A stretch of 64,000 nucleotides of DNA. It comes from Octopus sinensis (taxonomy: Eukaryota). The stretch is from contig NW_021833641.1 of assembly GCF_006345805.1 (NCBI RefSeq), positions 1 through 64,000 of the forward strand. The letters run 5' to 3'. Position 1 is the first letter of the stretch. Every line of letters begins with the position of its first letter. This document shows, one piece after another, positions 1-14,671 of the stretch. Both the position numbers and the translations under genes were made by a program. A model generated the notes under the pieces. It was not told the DNA's origin. It did not search any database and worked only from the letters and a program-made list of their open reading frames with translations.

Positions 1-43
1 ACTCTTTTTTCCACCTTGTTTCACATTTATGTGTTTACTACGG

Positions 44-45
<2 letters not shown>
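1..45 (+). mobile_element. 3' tail of PLE terminal-repeat family C, truncated at window edge
   Basis: actcttttttccaccttgtttcacatttatgtgtttac matches 46135-46172 and the reverse complement of 33121-33165, which lie just downstream of an HHR motif. Confidence 0.65.
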
Positions 46-103
<58 letters not shown>

Positions 104-569
104 TATATACATACATACATACATACATACATACGCGTGCACAGGCATATGTAGTTAAGGCAGTGCCAGCATGGCTGCAATCTAATGACTGAAAAAGTGG
201 CAAGAATAAAAGAATTAAAGAATATATAAATATTTTCATGTGTATGCATAGACATGTATGTGAACATATAACAATTTATCTCTCCTTGTGTGTATATATA
301 AGTGTGTGTATGTGTGAGTGCGTGAGTGCTTATGTATGTATATATACATACACTTTTATATATATACTGTATACTCACATATATACATATATACGTTTCT
401 CTATATACAAATATATATATGTACATGTATGCATACATACATTATATACATGTATATATACATATATACATTATATATATATATATATATATATATATAA
501 TGTATATATACATATATACTATAATATATAATATATGTATGTATGTATATAATATATATATGGTATGTA

Positions 570-630
<61 letters not shown>

Positions 631-660
631 GCATATGTATGTATGTAGGTATGTATATAT
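44..660. repeat. (TA)n/(TACA)n microsatellite mosaic
   Basis: Visible di- and tetranucleotide arrays; source of the IY-repeat ORFs. Confidence 0.95.
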
Positions 661-1139
661 ACTTGTACATACATCAACGCACAATTCTTTCCTTGCTGAG
701 TAGAAATCGATGTAAGACGATTTCTGCTGTTTCAAGCAATGCAACGCAGGTCATCAATCTTTTTGCAGACCTGCCTTCTCTTCTCTCACTTCCTTGATTT
801 CAATCTTTCTCCCACTTACAACCACCCTCTCTGTGTCGCTATCACTATCTCTGTCCATCTATCTTTTACGTGAGTATGTCTATACAGAACTTTCGTCTTG
901 TTTCTGTCGCTCCTCGTCTGCTTCTTTGCCCTCTTTATCTCTCTATATGTCCGTGTGTCTCTCCGCATGCTTCGTCCTGTAAATGTGCACTTCCATTTGT
1001 CTTTCAGACGGTTAATCTTCAGAATATTATGCGTTCAATCGTTTCAGCGACCTACCTACCTGTCTGAGTATCTTTCTACACGTGTGTCTGTGCATGTATC
1101 TATATAGGTATTTGGTTGAACTAACGTAGATAGTTACTA

Positions 1140-1149
1140 CGTCTGTCTG

Positions 1150-1227
<78 letters not shown>

Positions 1228-1304
1228 GGTCTATCTATTTATCTATCTACTATCTATCTATCTATCTATCTATCATCTTCTATCTATCTATCTATCTCTA
1301 ATTT

Positions 1305-1361
<57 letters not shown>

Positions 1362-1576
1362 ATATTATATATGATATATATATATGCATATATATTTAAT
1401 ATATGTATATATATTTATCTATCTATCTATATATATATATATTATATATATATATATATATATGCATATATATTTAATATATGTATAATATTTATATATG
1501 TATCTATCAATCTTTCTATCTACCTATCTATCTATCTATCTATCTATCTCTTTTTTTTTCTCTCTCTCTCTCCCTC

Positions 1577-1643
<67 letters not shown>

Positions 1644-2205
1644 CACGCATGTATGTATGTATTTATATATATATTTCTGTATGTGTATATTTCCTTCGTC
1701 TGGTCTTTCTCATATTCCTGTGAGTATTCATCCATTTATCTAGGGAATAAAACAGTACATTTTCCATGTTGCTCTCATAATCGGCATCGAAACACTTATT
1801 GATTCCTACCTGAAATTCTTCTTGCTACATTCCTCTCTGTCTTTCCCCTTGTATATATAATATATACTTTATAATATATATATATATAATATATATATAC
1901 TATATATATATATATATACATATGCACCTAAATATATCTCTATGGTTATGTATATATATATATATATATACACAGATATATATATATAGACAAATATATA
2001 CACATATATATATATATATATGTATAATATGTTTACACACACGCACACAAACACATATACACACATAGACACACACAAATATCTATATCAATATCTATCG
2101 CTATATCTCTCTCTATATATATATGTATCAATATGTCTATCTATCTATTTATCGATCTATCTATCAATCAGTCTCTTTGTGTGTAATGTATATATATATG
2201 TGTGC

Positions 2206-2239
<34 letters not shown>

Positions 2240-2270
2240 CAGACAGACAGAGAGGGGTATGTATGTATGT
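1140..2270. repeat. (TATC)n, (TC)n, (TA)n, (TG)n microsatellite mosaic
   Basis: Visible arrays. Confidence 0.9.
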
Positions 2271-2469
2271 ATGTATATATCTTGTGTATACGTGACTGTC
2301 TTATTTCTCTTAAAGCTAGAATATTATATATAAGAAATATGAACTGACTGTACTTTTAGCTTGTATTTCAATATTTAGGGGTTAAGGCATCTCCGTTCTT
2401 CTATACTGTATATCATATGTCTTTGAAGGTTTCACACATCCACTCGTCGTTTAACTACGAGAGAGTTCA

Positions 2470-2770
2470 TGAAAAATATACCTTAGCGTTCGTTTTTACA
2501 TTCTGGGTTCAAATTCCTCCGAGGTAGACATTGCTTTTAATCAGTCTGGGGTCGATAAAATAAGTACCAGTCGAGTACTCGGCTCGATGTAATCGACTTA
2601 CTCCCTTACCCTTACCGAAACTGCTGACTTTGGGCTACTCAAGGCGCAAGGCCCGATATTTTTGGGGAGGCGGTGGCCATTCGATTAGATTGACCTCTTT
2701 ATACAACTGGTACTTAATTTATGGGCCCAGAAAGTATGAAAGGCAAAGTCGACCGTCGCGGAAATGCCTA
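2470..2770. mobile_element. Two decayed Nin/Deu-domain SINE fragments (2470-2630 +, 2675-2770 -)
   Basis: ggttcaaattcctccgaggtagac...ggggtcgataaaataagtaccag and its reverse complement match the SINE at 3661-3859. Confidence 0.65.
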
Positions 2771-3282
2771 TTTGGGTTAAAATTTGAAACCAATATTTAC
2801 TCGGCTAGCTAAATCCCATACCACTGAAAGAACAGCGTGGTATCCTCTCCAAGGACTGTATAATCGCACATGCATGTTCCAGCCGGTTAGGTCTCATCAG
2901 GAGAATATTATCTAAATTTCAGCTGCGGAGTGGGAATTATGTTTTAGCATAGTGGAAAACGAATTAGGTATATTTTTATCTGGAGGTAATTTTCATAATT
3001 AAAAAATGAAACGAATATAAAGAAAAAAGAGACCTTTAGGAAAATACCTAAGGGGTTTTGTGTCATTAAACTAGATAATTAATTCGAAAAATGTTTATAA
3101 TGAAATTTTTCTGTTTTCATAACATAATTAATTGGGAGACGGAAAGGCAAAAAAACACGACAACAACTCTCCGTAACACGCAAAAATAGGGAGAGTTAAT
3201 TACGAAACGTATTGATTAAATTTTCATGTATCGTTAGCAGCTTACACACACATATAATACATACATACATACATACATACAT

Positions 3283-3626
3283 AAAAAGACCCCCCTTCGG
3301 TCATGAATGACCATGGGATTGCACCTAGAAAGTTACCCTCCTAGACACAAGTCCGGGCAAGGTTGTTTATGGAAGACCAGCAGTCGCCCATGCATACCGG
3401 TCTTCCCTCTCCACGTCACCAGTGTTATCCAAGGGAAAAGGCAAAAGGGGACGATACAGCTTGGCACCAGTGACGTCGCAACTCATTTCTACAGCTGAGT
3501 GAACTGGAGCAACGTGAAATAAAGTGCTTTGCTCAAGAACACAACACCCAGCCCGGTCCGGGATTCGAGCTCACAACCTCACGATCGTAAGCTCGACGCT
3601 CTAACCACTGAGCCATGCGCCTTCAC
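3283..3626 (-). mobile_element. tRNA-derived SINE with CORE/V-like central domain
   Basis: Minus strand head gtgaaggcgcatggctcagtggttagagcg (A box), gagctcgaatccc (B box), then ttcttgagcaaagcactt...ctcagctgtagaaatgag; flanked by (TACA)n. Confidence 0.85.
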
Positions 3627-3660
3627 TACATACATACATACATGCATACATACATACAAA

Positions 3661-3859
3661 CCTATTTCTTTACTACCCACAAGGAGCTAAACACAGAGAG
3701 GACAAACAAGGGCAGACAAACTGGAATTTAATTTATCGACCCCGAAAGGATGAAAGGCAAAGTTGACCTCGGCGGAATTTGAACTCAGAACGTAACGGCA
3801 GACGAAATACGGTCTACGCATTTCGCCCGGCGTGCTAACGTTTCTGCCAGCTCGCCGTC
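3661..3859 (-). mobile_element. tRNA-derived SINE, Nin/Deu-domain type
   Basis: Minus strand gacggcgagctggcagaaacgttagc...gagttcaaattccgccgaggtcaactttgcctttcatcctttcggggtcgataaa; GCCTTTCATCCTT..GGTCGATAAA matches the Deu/Nin domain as recalled; many copies in window. Confidence 0.85.
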
Positions 3860-4056
3860 GTACATATATACCTACACACACATTGCAGTGAAGGAGTTTC
3901 TCTCAAACTCCGAAGTACTTGTTACGTATTCTAACGGTGTCTTTTGTTGAACTGCAAAGTAACAGAGACATAAACAAACCAACGCCTACAGTCTAGCTGT
4001 GGTATCTGTCAGCACATACAAAGAAACACACACACTCACACAAACGTGCATAATAA

Positions 4057-4112
<56 letters not shown>

Positions 4113-4432
4113 TATATATATACTATATATATATACAACGCATACCAATATATAGAATATAATATATATATATAGAAAAATAGAGAGAATCTAGACAAAG
4201 AATATGCTGTCTCCTTAACTTCTTGGAGACTTAGGTATAATTATACTAATGAGTACAGCTGTTCTAATTTTAATAATTCTATGGCTCTATGCTCTACATT
4301 TTAAATTGATGTAACAATTGCATTGTTCAATTAAATGGAGTTGCATGAAACGATCGTACTGCATTATGTCTAGATATCCTTGTTGCTTATTTTGATATAC
4401 ATACATATATATATATATACATAAATACACAC

Positions 4433-4478
<46 letters not shown>

Positions 4479-4799
4479 CGATGCTTTTTTCCAAGGAATC
4501 TAATGCTCTCAGCTTAGTTTTTCCGTGGGGCTGGCCAGATTGGAGCAATCTCAAGATTAATCAGCCGAAATTGCGAGGATTATCCGGTTCTTGACTGAGG
4601 ATAAAAGGCTTCGAATGACCCGTCCTTGTTTTTTTGTATCGTCTATCTGGATGTTTTGTTGTCCCTTTTTGTATCACCTGGCTGTCCGGATACTTTGCCT
4701 TCTTGTCCCAATTTGTATCATATATATTTATATATGTATACATTTATTTATACATGTATGATATTGGTTAGTGATTGAGTTAACTACAGATGATCATGA

Positions 4800-5038
4800 C
4801 ATGCATATCTTGATACAGAGACTAAATTCTCTCCTAGTCTGTCTTTCTCCTCCTCTCTCTCCCCCACTTTCCCCCTCTGTTACCCTTTCTCACTCTATGT
4901 TTCTGACGAAGAGCTCCGCTTGAAACGTTATATCCCCCTTCTTTCCTTCCTTTCCTGAGCGTTCAATAACACTATACTTGTTCCACGCCCTCGCGTTGTT
5001 GTGTTTTCTCTTTGCATTTTCATGTTTGGATTAACTTT
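4800..5038 (+). mobile_element. PLE terminal-repeat fragment, family A
   Basis: Homologous to reverse complement of 31187-31400 and 32909-33120; carries an HHR motif. Confidence 0.7.
4899..4933 (+). ncRNA. Minimal type I hammerhead ribozyme motif, family A, partly decayed
   Basis: gttt CTGACGA a gagc-tcc-gctt GAAA cgt t atat; sister copies restore stem II gagc/gctc and stem I gttt/aaac. Confidence 0.6.
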
Positions 5039-5043
5039 ATATA

Positions 5044-5390
5044 CACGGTGAGTGAACTATTGTTTAAGTTATATACAAAAATAAAAATAACACAGACATC
5101 TCATTTTGACAGATATATTTACCACATTTATAGAAAAATAATCACGGAATTATGTTTGTGAACAGGTCGCGGTCTCAATGCGACGAAAATATTTTGGCAA
5201 ATTAAATTTAAATGTCGAAGTGAATCTAGCGGATTTTGTGTGTGTTTTGAATGGCTTATAAACACCTTCCACGCTGCAATTGTATATATATATATATGTG
5301 CAGCACATATTTTTGTCAGTGAGCAAGTCGCGATCTCAAAGCGACGAAAATGTGTGTTTTTGAATGGCTTATAAACACCTGCCACGCTGC

Positions 5391-5431
<41 letters not shown>

Positions 5432-6327
5432 GCAGCACATATTTTTATCAGTGAACAAGTCGCGATCTCAAAGCGACGAAAATATTTTGGCAAATTAAAT
5501 TTAAATGTTGAAGTGAATCTAACAGATTTTGTGTGCTCTTAAATTGTTTATAAACACCTTCCACGCTGTAATTATTTTTAAATACTAAAGAGTAAATTTA
5601 TTCAATAAAATCACCATTGGCTTCAACCACGGTCTCCAGACGACTTCTGGATCGCCTGCAAATCTTCTGGACCGCCTCCTTGTTTATTTATTTTTGCTAC
5701 AGTCCTTACCTTCAGTTCATCTTTGGTATTACAAGGAGTTGTGTTGGACTGTCGCTCAAATGCGCCCCACATATAATATTCAAGAGAGTGACAGTCTGGG
5801 GAATCTAGGGGTGATGTGGTTGCAGAAATTGTCTGACTTGGTTATCTTGCTTGCGTGGCATGGTACTGTGTCTTCTTGCCAGACATAGGTTCATCCAGCA
5901 ACAAACCCTATTCACCCGGGACAGCACTACCTCCTCCAGGCACTTGATGTAGGCCACTGTGTTGAGTCTAAGGCCGTGTGGGAAAATGAATGGAGGTATA
6001 ACTTCGCCATCAATAGTGGCCACTCCAAAAACCTTGTATGTTTAATTTTTATCACTCTCGGTACATATCCTCATGTACTGTCGACAGATTGACACCCAAA
6101 CACTCTGAAGTGTTCGTATTAGTGGCTCGCGGCGCAAATGCGAAGCAACACAGCATGTCTTTTCCAAATTTTGGCAGAGTGAATTGCATCATGGCGTTGT
6201 TTTATTTTTTGACGAAAGGTACCCATCAGACCCTACTATACTATGCGGTCGACAAAATCAAAAGCAAACAATGCGTATGGTCGATGTTAGAAATATAAAA
6301 GGGCGATAATTTACCCATCGCACCCTG
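5044..6327 (-). mobile_element. Decayed Tc1/mariner (maT/DD37D-like) transposon with internal deletion
   Basis: Minus strand GEVIPPFIFPHGLRLNTVAYIKCLEEVVL...VWQEDTVPCH...DNFCNHITP...EYYMWGAFER...RSRLETVVEANGDFIE* (5600-6023, frameshifted); ends ta-cagggtg / ta-cacggtg; subterminal repeats 5130-5570. Confidence 0.8.
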
Positions 6328-6339
6328 TATATGTATGCA

Positions 6340-7015
6340 GTGACCACTGCGACCCTCGCCGCCACCACGTCCATAACCACCATGAACATCTCCACCCACA
6401 GCCACGACCACCACGACCACCACCACTAAACAACTACAACAACAAGGGCAACAATACAATATCATTCATACCACTATGACAGCCAGCAACGCAATTGGCC
6501 TCCCCCATCAACATTCACTACAACCACCACCAACAACAACATTACCATTACCACCAACACCACCACCGTCGCTACCACTAGCACAACCACTCCTACGGCC
6601 ACTACGACCACGAAAGTCATCAACTATAGCGCCGTGAAAACCGCCACTATCCCCACCACCACCTCTATCATCGCAACCACCGCAATCAGAATAATCACCC
6701 ATACCATTATTGTCACTGTGATCACGATGACATCTACCACCTTCCCAACAACAATCCACCGCCATCACTGCTATAGTTTCCGTCACTATCGCCATTATAG
6801 CTATCTACCACCACCACCACCACACCACCACCACCACCACCACCACCACCACCACCACCACCACCACCACCATCACCACCACCGCCACCACCACCACTAC
6901 CACCACTACCACCACCACCACCAATACCACCACCACCACCACCACCACCACCGCCAAACCACCACCACACCACCACACTACCGCCACCACAACTATTATT
7001 TCTACGTCTATTACA
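6340..7015. repeat. (CAC/ACC/CAA)n low-complexity tract
   Basis: Visible triplet array; source of poly-His/Gly/Val ORFs. Confidence 0.9.
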
Positions 7016-7149
7016 TTCTCCTTAATATCACATGACTGATTTAAAATGGCCTCCAAATCAATGGAACAGATTCTCCATTTTGGTGCTTTGTATAGACACC
7101 GCCGCTATTAAATAAACAGCTTACACTGTTGCGGTGTCGTCATAGCAAC

Positions 7150-7863
7150 ATCAACACTCTATCACGCACACATACGCACACACACATACACACACGGCCA
7201 CACACACACAAACAAACAAACGCGAGCGCACCTACAGACACGCACATACAGACACACTCACACATACACTTACAAGCACACGCACAAACACGGACACACA
7301 CACATGCACATACACACATGCACACACACGGACACACACAATGCACACACGGACGCACACACACATGCACACACACACGCACACACACGCACACGCACAT
7401 TCACAAACATGCACTCACGCACTACGGACACAAACACCCATACACACACATGGACGCGCACACCGGTACACACTCGGGGATAGACACACTCACACATGCG
7501 CACACACATACGGACACAGACACATAAACACATATACCCACGCACACTAACGCACACACACGAACGCCACACACACACGACACACACCACACACACACAC
7601 CACAAACACGCACGCACGCACACATTCGTACTTGTGATAAACATACAAATACAGACGGCTGCTTACAGTAATACACACATACTTAACACACACACACATA
7701 CAGAAATTCACTCTCCTACTCTCATAATCAACACTTACACACACACATACGCACGCATACCCGCACACACAGAGACACACACGAACGCACGCACACGTTC
7801 GTACTCGTGGTATGCATACAAATACTGAAGACTGCTTACAGTTATACACACATACTTAACACA

Positions 7864-7894
<31 letters not shown>

Positions 7895-8190
7895 CAGAAA
7901 TTCACTCTCCTACTCTCATAATCAACACTTACGCACACACACATGGACACACAGACATGCATACACGCACAACGGACAGGCACACCCATACAAGAACACA
8001 CACACACAGGTACACACACGGACACATAATCCACTCATGCACATATACACACGGACAAACACACATACGCAAGCATACCTACACACACAGTGGCATACAC
8101 GAACGCACTTAGGCACACATTAGTACTCGTGATACGCATACAAATACAGGCAGCTGCTTACAGTTATACACACATACTTAACACACACAC
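7150..8190. repeat. Degenerate (CA)-rich array with three copies of a longer ancestral unit
   Basis: Module cgtactcgtg...catacaaatac...gctgcttacagttatacacacatacttaac...cagaaattcactctcctactctcataatc at ~7622, ~7796, ~8118. Confidence 0.8.
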
Positions 8191-8985
8191 ATACACAAAC
8201 CAACAGAAATTTACTCTCCTACTCTCATAATCCATACTTACTCAGGCATACACATACAAATATACACACATACACAAACCAACAGAAATTTACTCTCCTA
8301 CTCTCATAATCCATACTTACTCAGGCATACACATACAAATATACACGCATACACAAACCAACAGAAATTTACTCTCCTACTCTCATAATCCATACTTACT
8401 CAGGCATACACATACAAATATACACACATACACAAACCAACAGAAATTTACTCTCCTACTCTCATAATCCATACTTACTCAGGCATACACATACAAATAT
8501 ACACACATACACAAACCAACAGAAATTTACTCTCCTACTCTCATAATCCATACTTACTCAGGCATACACATACAAATATACACACATACACAAACCAACA
8601 GAAATTTACTCTCCTACTCTCATAATCCATACTTACTCAGGCATACACATACAATATACACACATACACAAACCAACAGAAATTTACTCTCCTACTCTCA
8701 TAATCCATACTTACTCAGGCATACACATACAAATATACACACATACACAAACCACAGAAATTTACATCTCTCTCCTACTCTCATAATCCATACTTACTCA
8801 GGCATACACATACAAATATACACACATACACAAACCAACAGAAATTTACTCTCCTACTCTCATAATCCATACTTACTCAGGCATACACATACAAATATAC
8901 ACACATACACAAACCAACAGAAATTTACTCTCCTACTCTCATAATCCATACTTACTCAGGCATACACATACAAATATACACACAT
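8190..8985. repeat. 79-bp tandem repeat, about 10 near-identical copies
   Basis: aacagaaatttactctcctactctcataatccatacttactcaggc recurs at 8202, 8281, 8360 (period 79). Confidence 0.95.
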
Positions 8986-9148
8986 AAACACACCCTAACA
9001 GTTACAGACACTTAAGTAATAACGTATACACACACACATACGTACTGAAACAAACTTACACATTCAAACTCATAACCACGCATACACACGCAAACTCTAA
9101 CTTACAGTCGTACACACATATTTGACACAAAAGCACATGCAAACACAC

Positions 9149-9480
9149 ACAGGAGTGGCTGTGTGGTAAGTAGCTTGTTTACCAACCACATGGTTCCGGG
9201 TTCAGTCCCACTGCATGGCACCTTGGGCAAATGTCTTCTACTATAGCCTCAGGCCGACCAAAGCCTTGTGAGTGGATTTGGTGGACGGAAACTGGAAGAA
9301 GCCTGTCGTATATATGTATATAGGTGTATATATATATGTGTGTGTGTGTATGTTTGTGTGTCTGTTTACCCCCCTCCAAAGTCGCTTGACAACCGATGCT
9401 GGTGTGTTTACGTCCTCGTAACTTAGCGGTTCAGCAAAAGACAAGGATAGAATAAGTTCTAGGCTTACAAAGAATAAGCT
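9149..9480 (+). mobile_element. tRNA-derived SINE family 1, the most abundant family here
   Basis: ggagtggctgtgtggtaagtagcttg...ggttccgggttcagtcccactg...ccttgggcaa; internal (TA)/(TG) linker; conserved 3' half. Confidence 0.9.
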
Positions 9481-9554
9481 CTGGTGTTGAACTGAAACTG
9501 CGATCCTGCAATCGCCAGTCGGCTGCCGTAACCACTGGGCCATTGCGCCTCCAC
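9480..9554 (-). mobile_element. tRNA head of SINE family 2
   Basis: Reverse complement gtggaggcgcaatggcccagtggttacggcagc matches head at 27652. Confidence 0.75.
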
Positions 9555-9822
9555 AGATGCCTCTCTCTCTCTCTCTCCCCCCTCTCTCTCTCTCTCACTA
9601 TATATATATATATGAAATAAAAAAACATGAAATAAAAAACAGAACACAAAGGATGTCGCGGTACACATGTTTCGAGCTTTACAAAAACAGCTTATTCTTA
9701 CATCAATGTATAATCGACATAACAGATAGTTTAAAGCCCTCTTCTGCCGCTTGCAATTGCTACACACAAAGACTTGTATCACATTATGAAATGTATTATA
9801 TATATATATGTATATATATATG

Positions 9823-9907
<85 letters not shown>

Positions 9908-10374
9908 CATATATATGTGCGTGTGTGTGTATGTATAAGTAACGTTGAATAATAATCTGTATCTATATGACAACATCCCTGGTTCATTACTTTTTAAAGA
10001 GTGTATTTCAGTGATAACCCTGAAAAAATTAGAAGTTATTGCTCTTAATATCACATAAATGATAGAACGACTAAATCATAGAGATAATAAATGTAAAGTT
10101 AGTCATACTTAACTCTACAAGACCATATCTATTGCTCTTTACGTAAATGTCACCTGAACGAAATCTATATTATACTGTCTATTTAATGTGCGATATGCTT
10201 AATTTTGCTGGTTACAATTACGAATCTTTCCCCACCGCACGCTCTTGGGTCCAGCTACTGTGTGCGGCACTGTGAGCAGGCGTCTGGATAATACCCTACT
10301 AAATTCTGGTGCCTCAACTTAAGTACCATATTCATCTCAACCTAAATTTTTGCAGAACTCATATACCATACCCA

Positions 10375-10612
<238 letters not shown>

Positions 10613-11685
10613 GAATGTAACATCCGGGATATTCGAGGGTTTACTGGAGAGAGAGAGAGGTGGAAGAGATAAGGAGAGAGAGGTAGAGAGAGTTAGACAA
10701 AGAGAAGAAGATGTATATAGAGAGAGACAGACAGATATATGTGTGTGCATGGGTGTGCGTGTGTATATGCCATTGCGTCCATCATTGTCCCACCTGACTG
10801 CTCTAAAACCGGTGTTGGTTTATTTACGCCCCAGTAAATTGGCGGTTCGACAGTAAAAAGAAGCTGCTAAGAACCAGGTTAGAAAAATATTGTGATTGAT
10901 TTGAGAAACTAAGACATTTTAGTCTTTACTCCAGCACGAAAACATACAAATTCCATGAGATGTTTCCTTTTAAAGAGGGAATTGATGAGATAGCTATTAA
11001 AATGAACACAATTTCTTAGCCTTAATTTCAGGATAAAACCACATAAAACCAATGCAGAGAGATTCTGAAAATAAAGTTAACTATATCTAACTACTTCAAG
11101 CTAAATCGATGCTACCTTAAGTTGGAGCATTTTCACGGAACCTATAGGCTTGGAGTCGCTATTTAAAATGATATATATATTTTAATTTTATCAGATGCAT
11201 TTAAGGTTATAAGTAATGCTGAATAAAATAACGACATACTCTCCATCTCTAGGGCAAGGTCCCGAGCCGTTTACCTAAATTTATTGATCTTTAATTTCCA
11301 GAGAACGCATAAAATAAAGTTCTCTCTCCTTAAATACAGAACACAAAATCAAAGAGCATTTTTTTTATTACTGCTTCTACTGGGCTTCATGTAGATCTCG
11401 GATGAAAACAAAAATTGTCGGCTATAATAGTGACATTATATTCCTCATATAATTATTCTCTCTGTATTATTTCATATCTTGGTGGAATCTTTTTCTTCCT
11501 CTGCGCAATATGAATAAGTGACAGAAGGAAAAGCTAGATGTGTTCGGCCGAAGATGCTTCAGAAGTATTCTGGGCACGTACTGGCATGGTCACATATCCA
11601 ACGGACACATTCTAAAGACTGACAATACAAGATTATTAAGCGAAATCTTCATAGGACGATGACCGAAACTTGAAAGTAACATACA

Positions 11686-12180
<495 letters not shown>

Positions 12181-12424
12181 ACTACGACTGCCAGGACAAC
12201 GCCATGCTTATACTGCTTTCAAAAGGACACACGACTCCACTCCGAGTAAACATCACAGATTGAACATTTAAAATTAACAACTCAAATACTCCGGTTGTCA
12301 GGGTGTTATGTCGCACGTTCGCATGACCTCTACTCAACTCTGCTCTACTACTACTCTGTTCTAGTCTGCTTTCACAGCTACTCAAATGTTGTGTGACGAC
12401 GTCTAGACTTCTCCCTCTATTTCT

Positions 12425-12662
12425 ACTTATTTATTTCTTTATTGCCCACAGGGGGCTAAACATAGAGGGGGACAAACAAAGACAGACAAGGGGATTAAGT
12501 CGATTATATCGATCCCAGTGATTTACTGGTACTTATTTAATCGACCCCGAAAGGATGAAAGGCAAAGTCGACCTCGGCGGAATTTGAACTCAGAACGTAG
12601 CGGCAGACGAAACACGGCTACGCATTTCACCCGGCGTGCTAACGTTTCTGCCAGCTCGCCGC
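12425..12662 (-). mobile_element. Full-length Nin/Deu-type SINE
   Basis: Homologous to 3661-3859 including head and aataaagaaata tail. Confidence 0.9.
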
Positions 12663-13417
12663 CTGGGATAGCCTATTTCATCGTCTGGTGGCGTCTACAT
12701 AACACAGGGAAATACCATTCTAAAACTCTTCTCAAATGGACACCACTAGAGAGAAAATAAAATAAAACGAAGACCAAGAAATTCATGGCTCAGAATATTC
12801 ATAACCGATAAGATGGGAGCCAACGGAAACAAACTTACTGCGCAGTGTGCTCAAGAGCACGGATATATGTATATGCAACACCAAAAGCCAAACTTTTCTT
12901 TTCACATTGACGCCATTTCATCGATGCCGCGAAACGGCTACGACAGACCTTATGTAGAAAATAATATCTCTCGTGGACTCTTCATTTCCATCCGAATTAA
13001 GTATGATAAACACTCTTAACAGAATTTGTGGTAAACTGTCTTTACTTTTAAGCAATAAATACAGTATACAGAGAGTAAAATACGTCGGGGGTATTGATAG
13101 AGCGTCTAGAAGCCATTATTAGAAAAAATAAAACTGTAAAGTGAATTTATGATTTATATCTGAATAAAAAAAGGTCTGAAGCATAAAATGGATAAACTAT
13201 ATTATTATTATTGGAAATTGATATTATTATATACACACACGGAGATACATACATATATACATACATAAATATATATACATACTTACATAAATACATACAA
13301 ACACATCTGTACATATATATATAATTATATATTATATATATTATATATATAATTATATATTTATGTATATACCTATATATATACATATATATATATATGT
13401 ATGTTGTGCGTACACGT

Positions 13418-13450
<33 letters not shown>

Positions 13451-13627
13451 CTACATGTATATATATATTTTTATATATATATATATAATATATATATATA
13501 TATATACATACATATTATATATGTAAAGTTTATGTGTGTGTGTTATATATATATATATAAGATGTGTATATGTATTAATATATATAATATATATATCTAT
13601 ATCTATCTATCTATATATATATGTATG

Positions 13628-13658
<31 letters not shown>

Positions 13659-13683
13659 ATATATATGTTTACACACACATCAC

Positions 13684-13726
<43 letters not shown>

Positions 13727-13727
13727 A

Positions 13728-13999
13728 TTTAAGTTCACAAAATTACATTCAGAAAAAAAAAAGCTTTCGTACATGTTGTCATTTAAGGATATAAGTGCTC
13801 AAAGAAGATGAAAAAATGTGTAGATAATAAATAAATAAATAAATAAAACGAATGAATTGAAATAGATGTATAAAGAAAGAAAGGCAAACTCTTAATAGCT
13901 TCAAAAGTGTGGGTGTCGAGGAGGGTGGGAGCAGAAAATAGATACGATTTTTTAATTCGACACGACTAATAGCTTTATAAATACCTCTCATATTACACC

Positions 14000-14042
<43 letters not shown>

Positions 14043-14671
14043 TTGTTTGTGTGTGTGTGTGTGTGTGTTTATGTGTGTGTATGTACGTGTATTTTACAAA
14101 ATATATGCATGCGTAGATGTACTATATATATATATGTATGTATATATATTATATATATATATATATATATTATATATGTTTACACACACACACATATAAA
14201 TATATATATATATATATATATAGATATATATATATATAATATCTAATTTAAGTTCACAAAATTTCCATTCAGAAAAAAAAAGCTTTCGTACATGTTGTCA
14301 TTTAAGGATATAAGTGCTCAAAGAAGATGAAAAAATGTGTAGATAAATAAATAAATAAATAAATAAATAAAGATAAAACGAATGAATGAAATAGATGTAT
14401 AAAGAAAGAAAGGCAAACTCTTAATAGCTTCAAAAGTGTGGGTGTCGAGGAGGGTGGGAAGCAGAAAATAGATTACGATTTTTTAATTCGACACGACTAA
14501 TAGCTTTATAATACCTCTCATATTACACCTATATATATATATATATATATGTGTGTTGTGGTGTGTGTTTGTTTGTGTGTGTGTGTGTGTGTTTATGTGT
14601 GTGGTATGTACGGTATTTTACAAAATATATGCATGCGTAGATGTACTTATATAATGTAGGTATGTAGATAT

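Noticed and set aside
27-2347. Many 60-140 aa ORFs rich in I/Y/L/S/V/C, here and at 9.5-15.5, 42-47 kb
   Set aside because: Translations of (TA)n, (TATC)n, (TG)n, which lack stops in several frames; no domain content.
4590-4630. CTGAGGA...GAATGACCCGTC hammerhead-like string
   Set aside because: GAAT instead of GAAA and no convincing stem I or II pairing.
8190-8985. Regular array that might be mistaken for CRISPR
   Set aside because: Units are identical end to end with no unique spacers; eukaryotic context; no cas genes.
11520-11680. Possible ribozyme or PLE end (ctgaagcatcttcggccgaac on minus strand)
   Set aside because: Core and GAAA both mismatch and no sister copy in the window supports a consensus.
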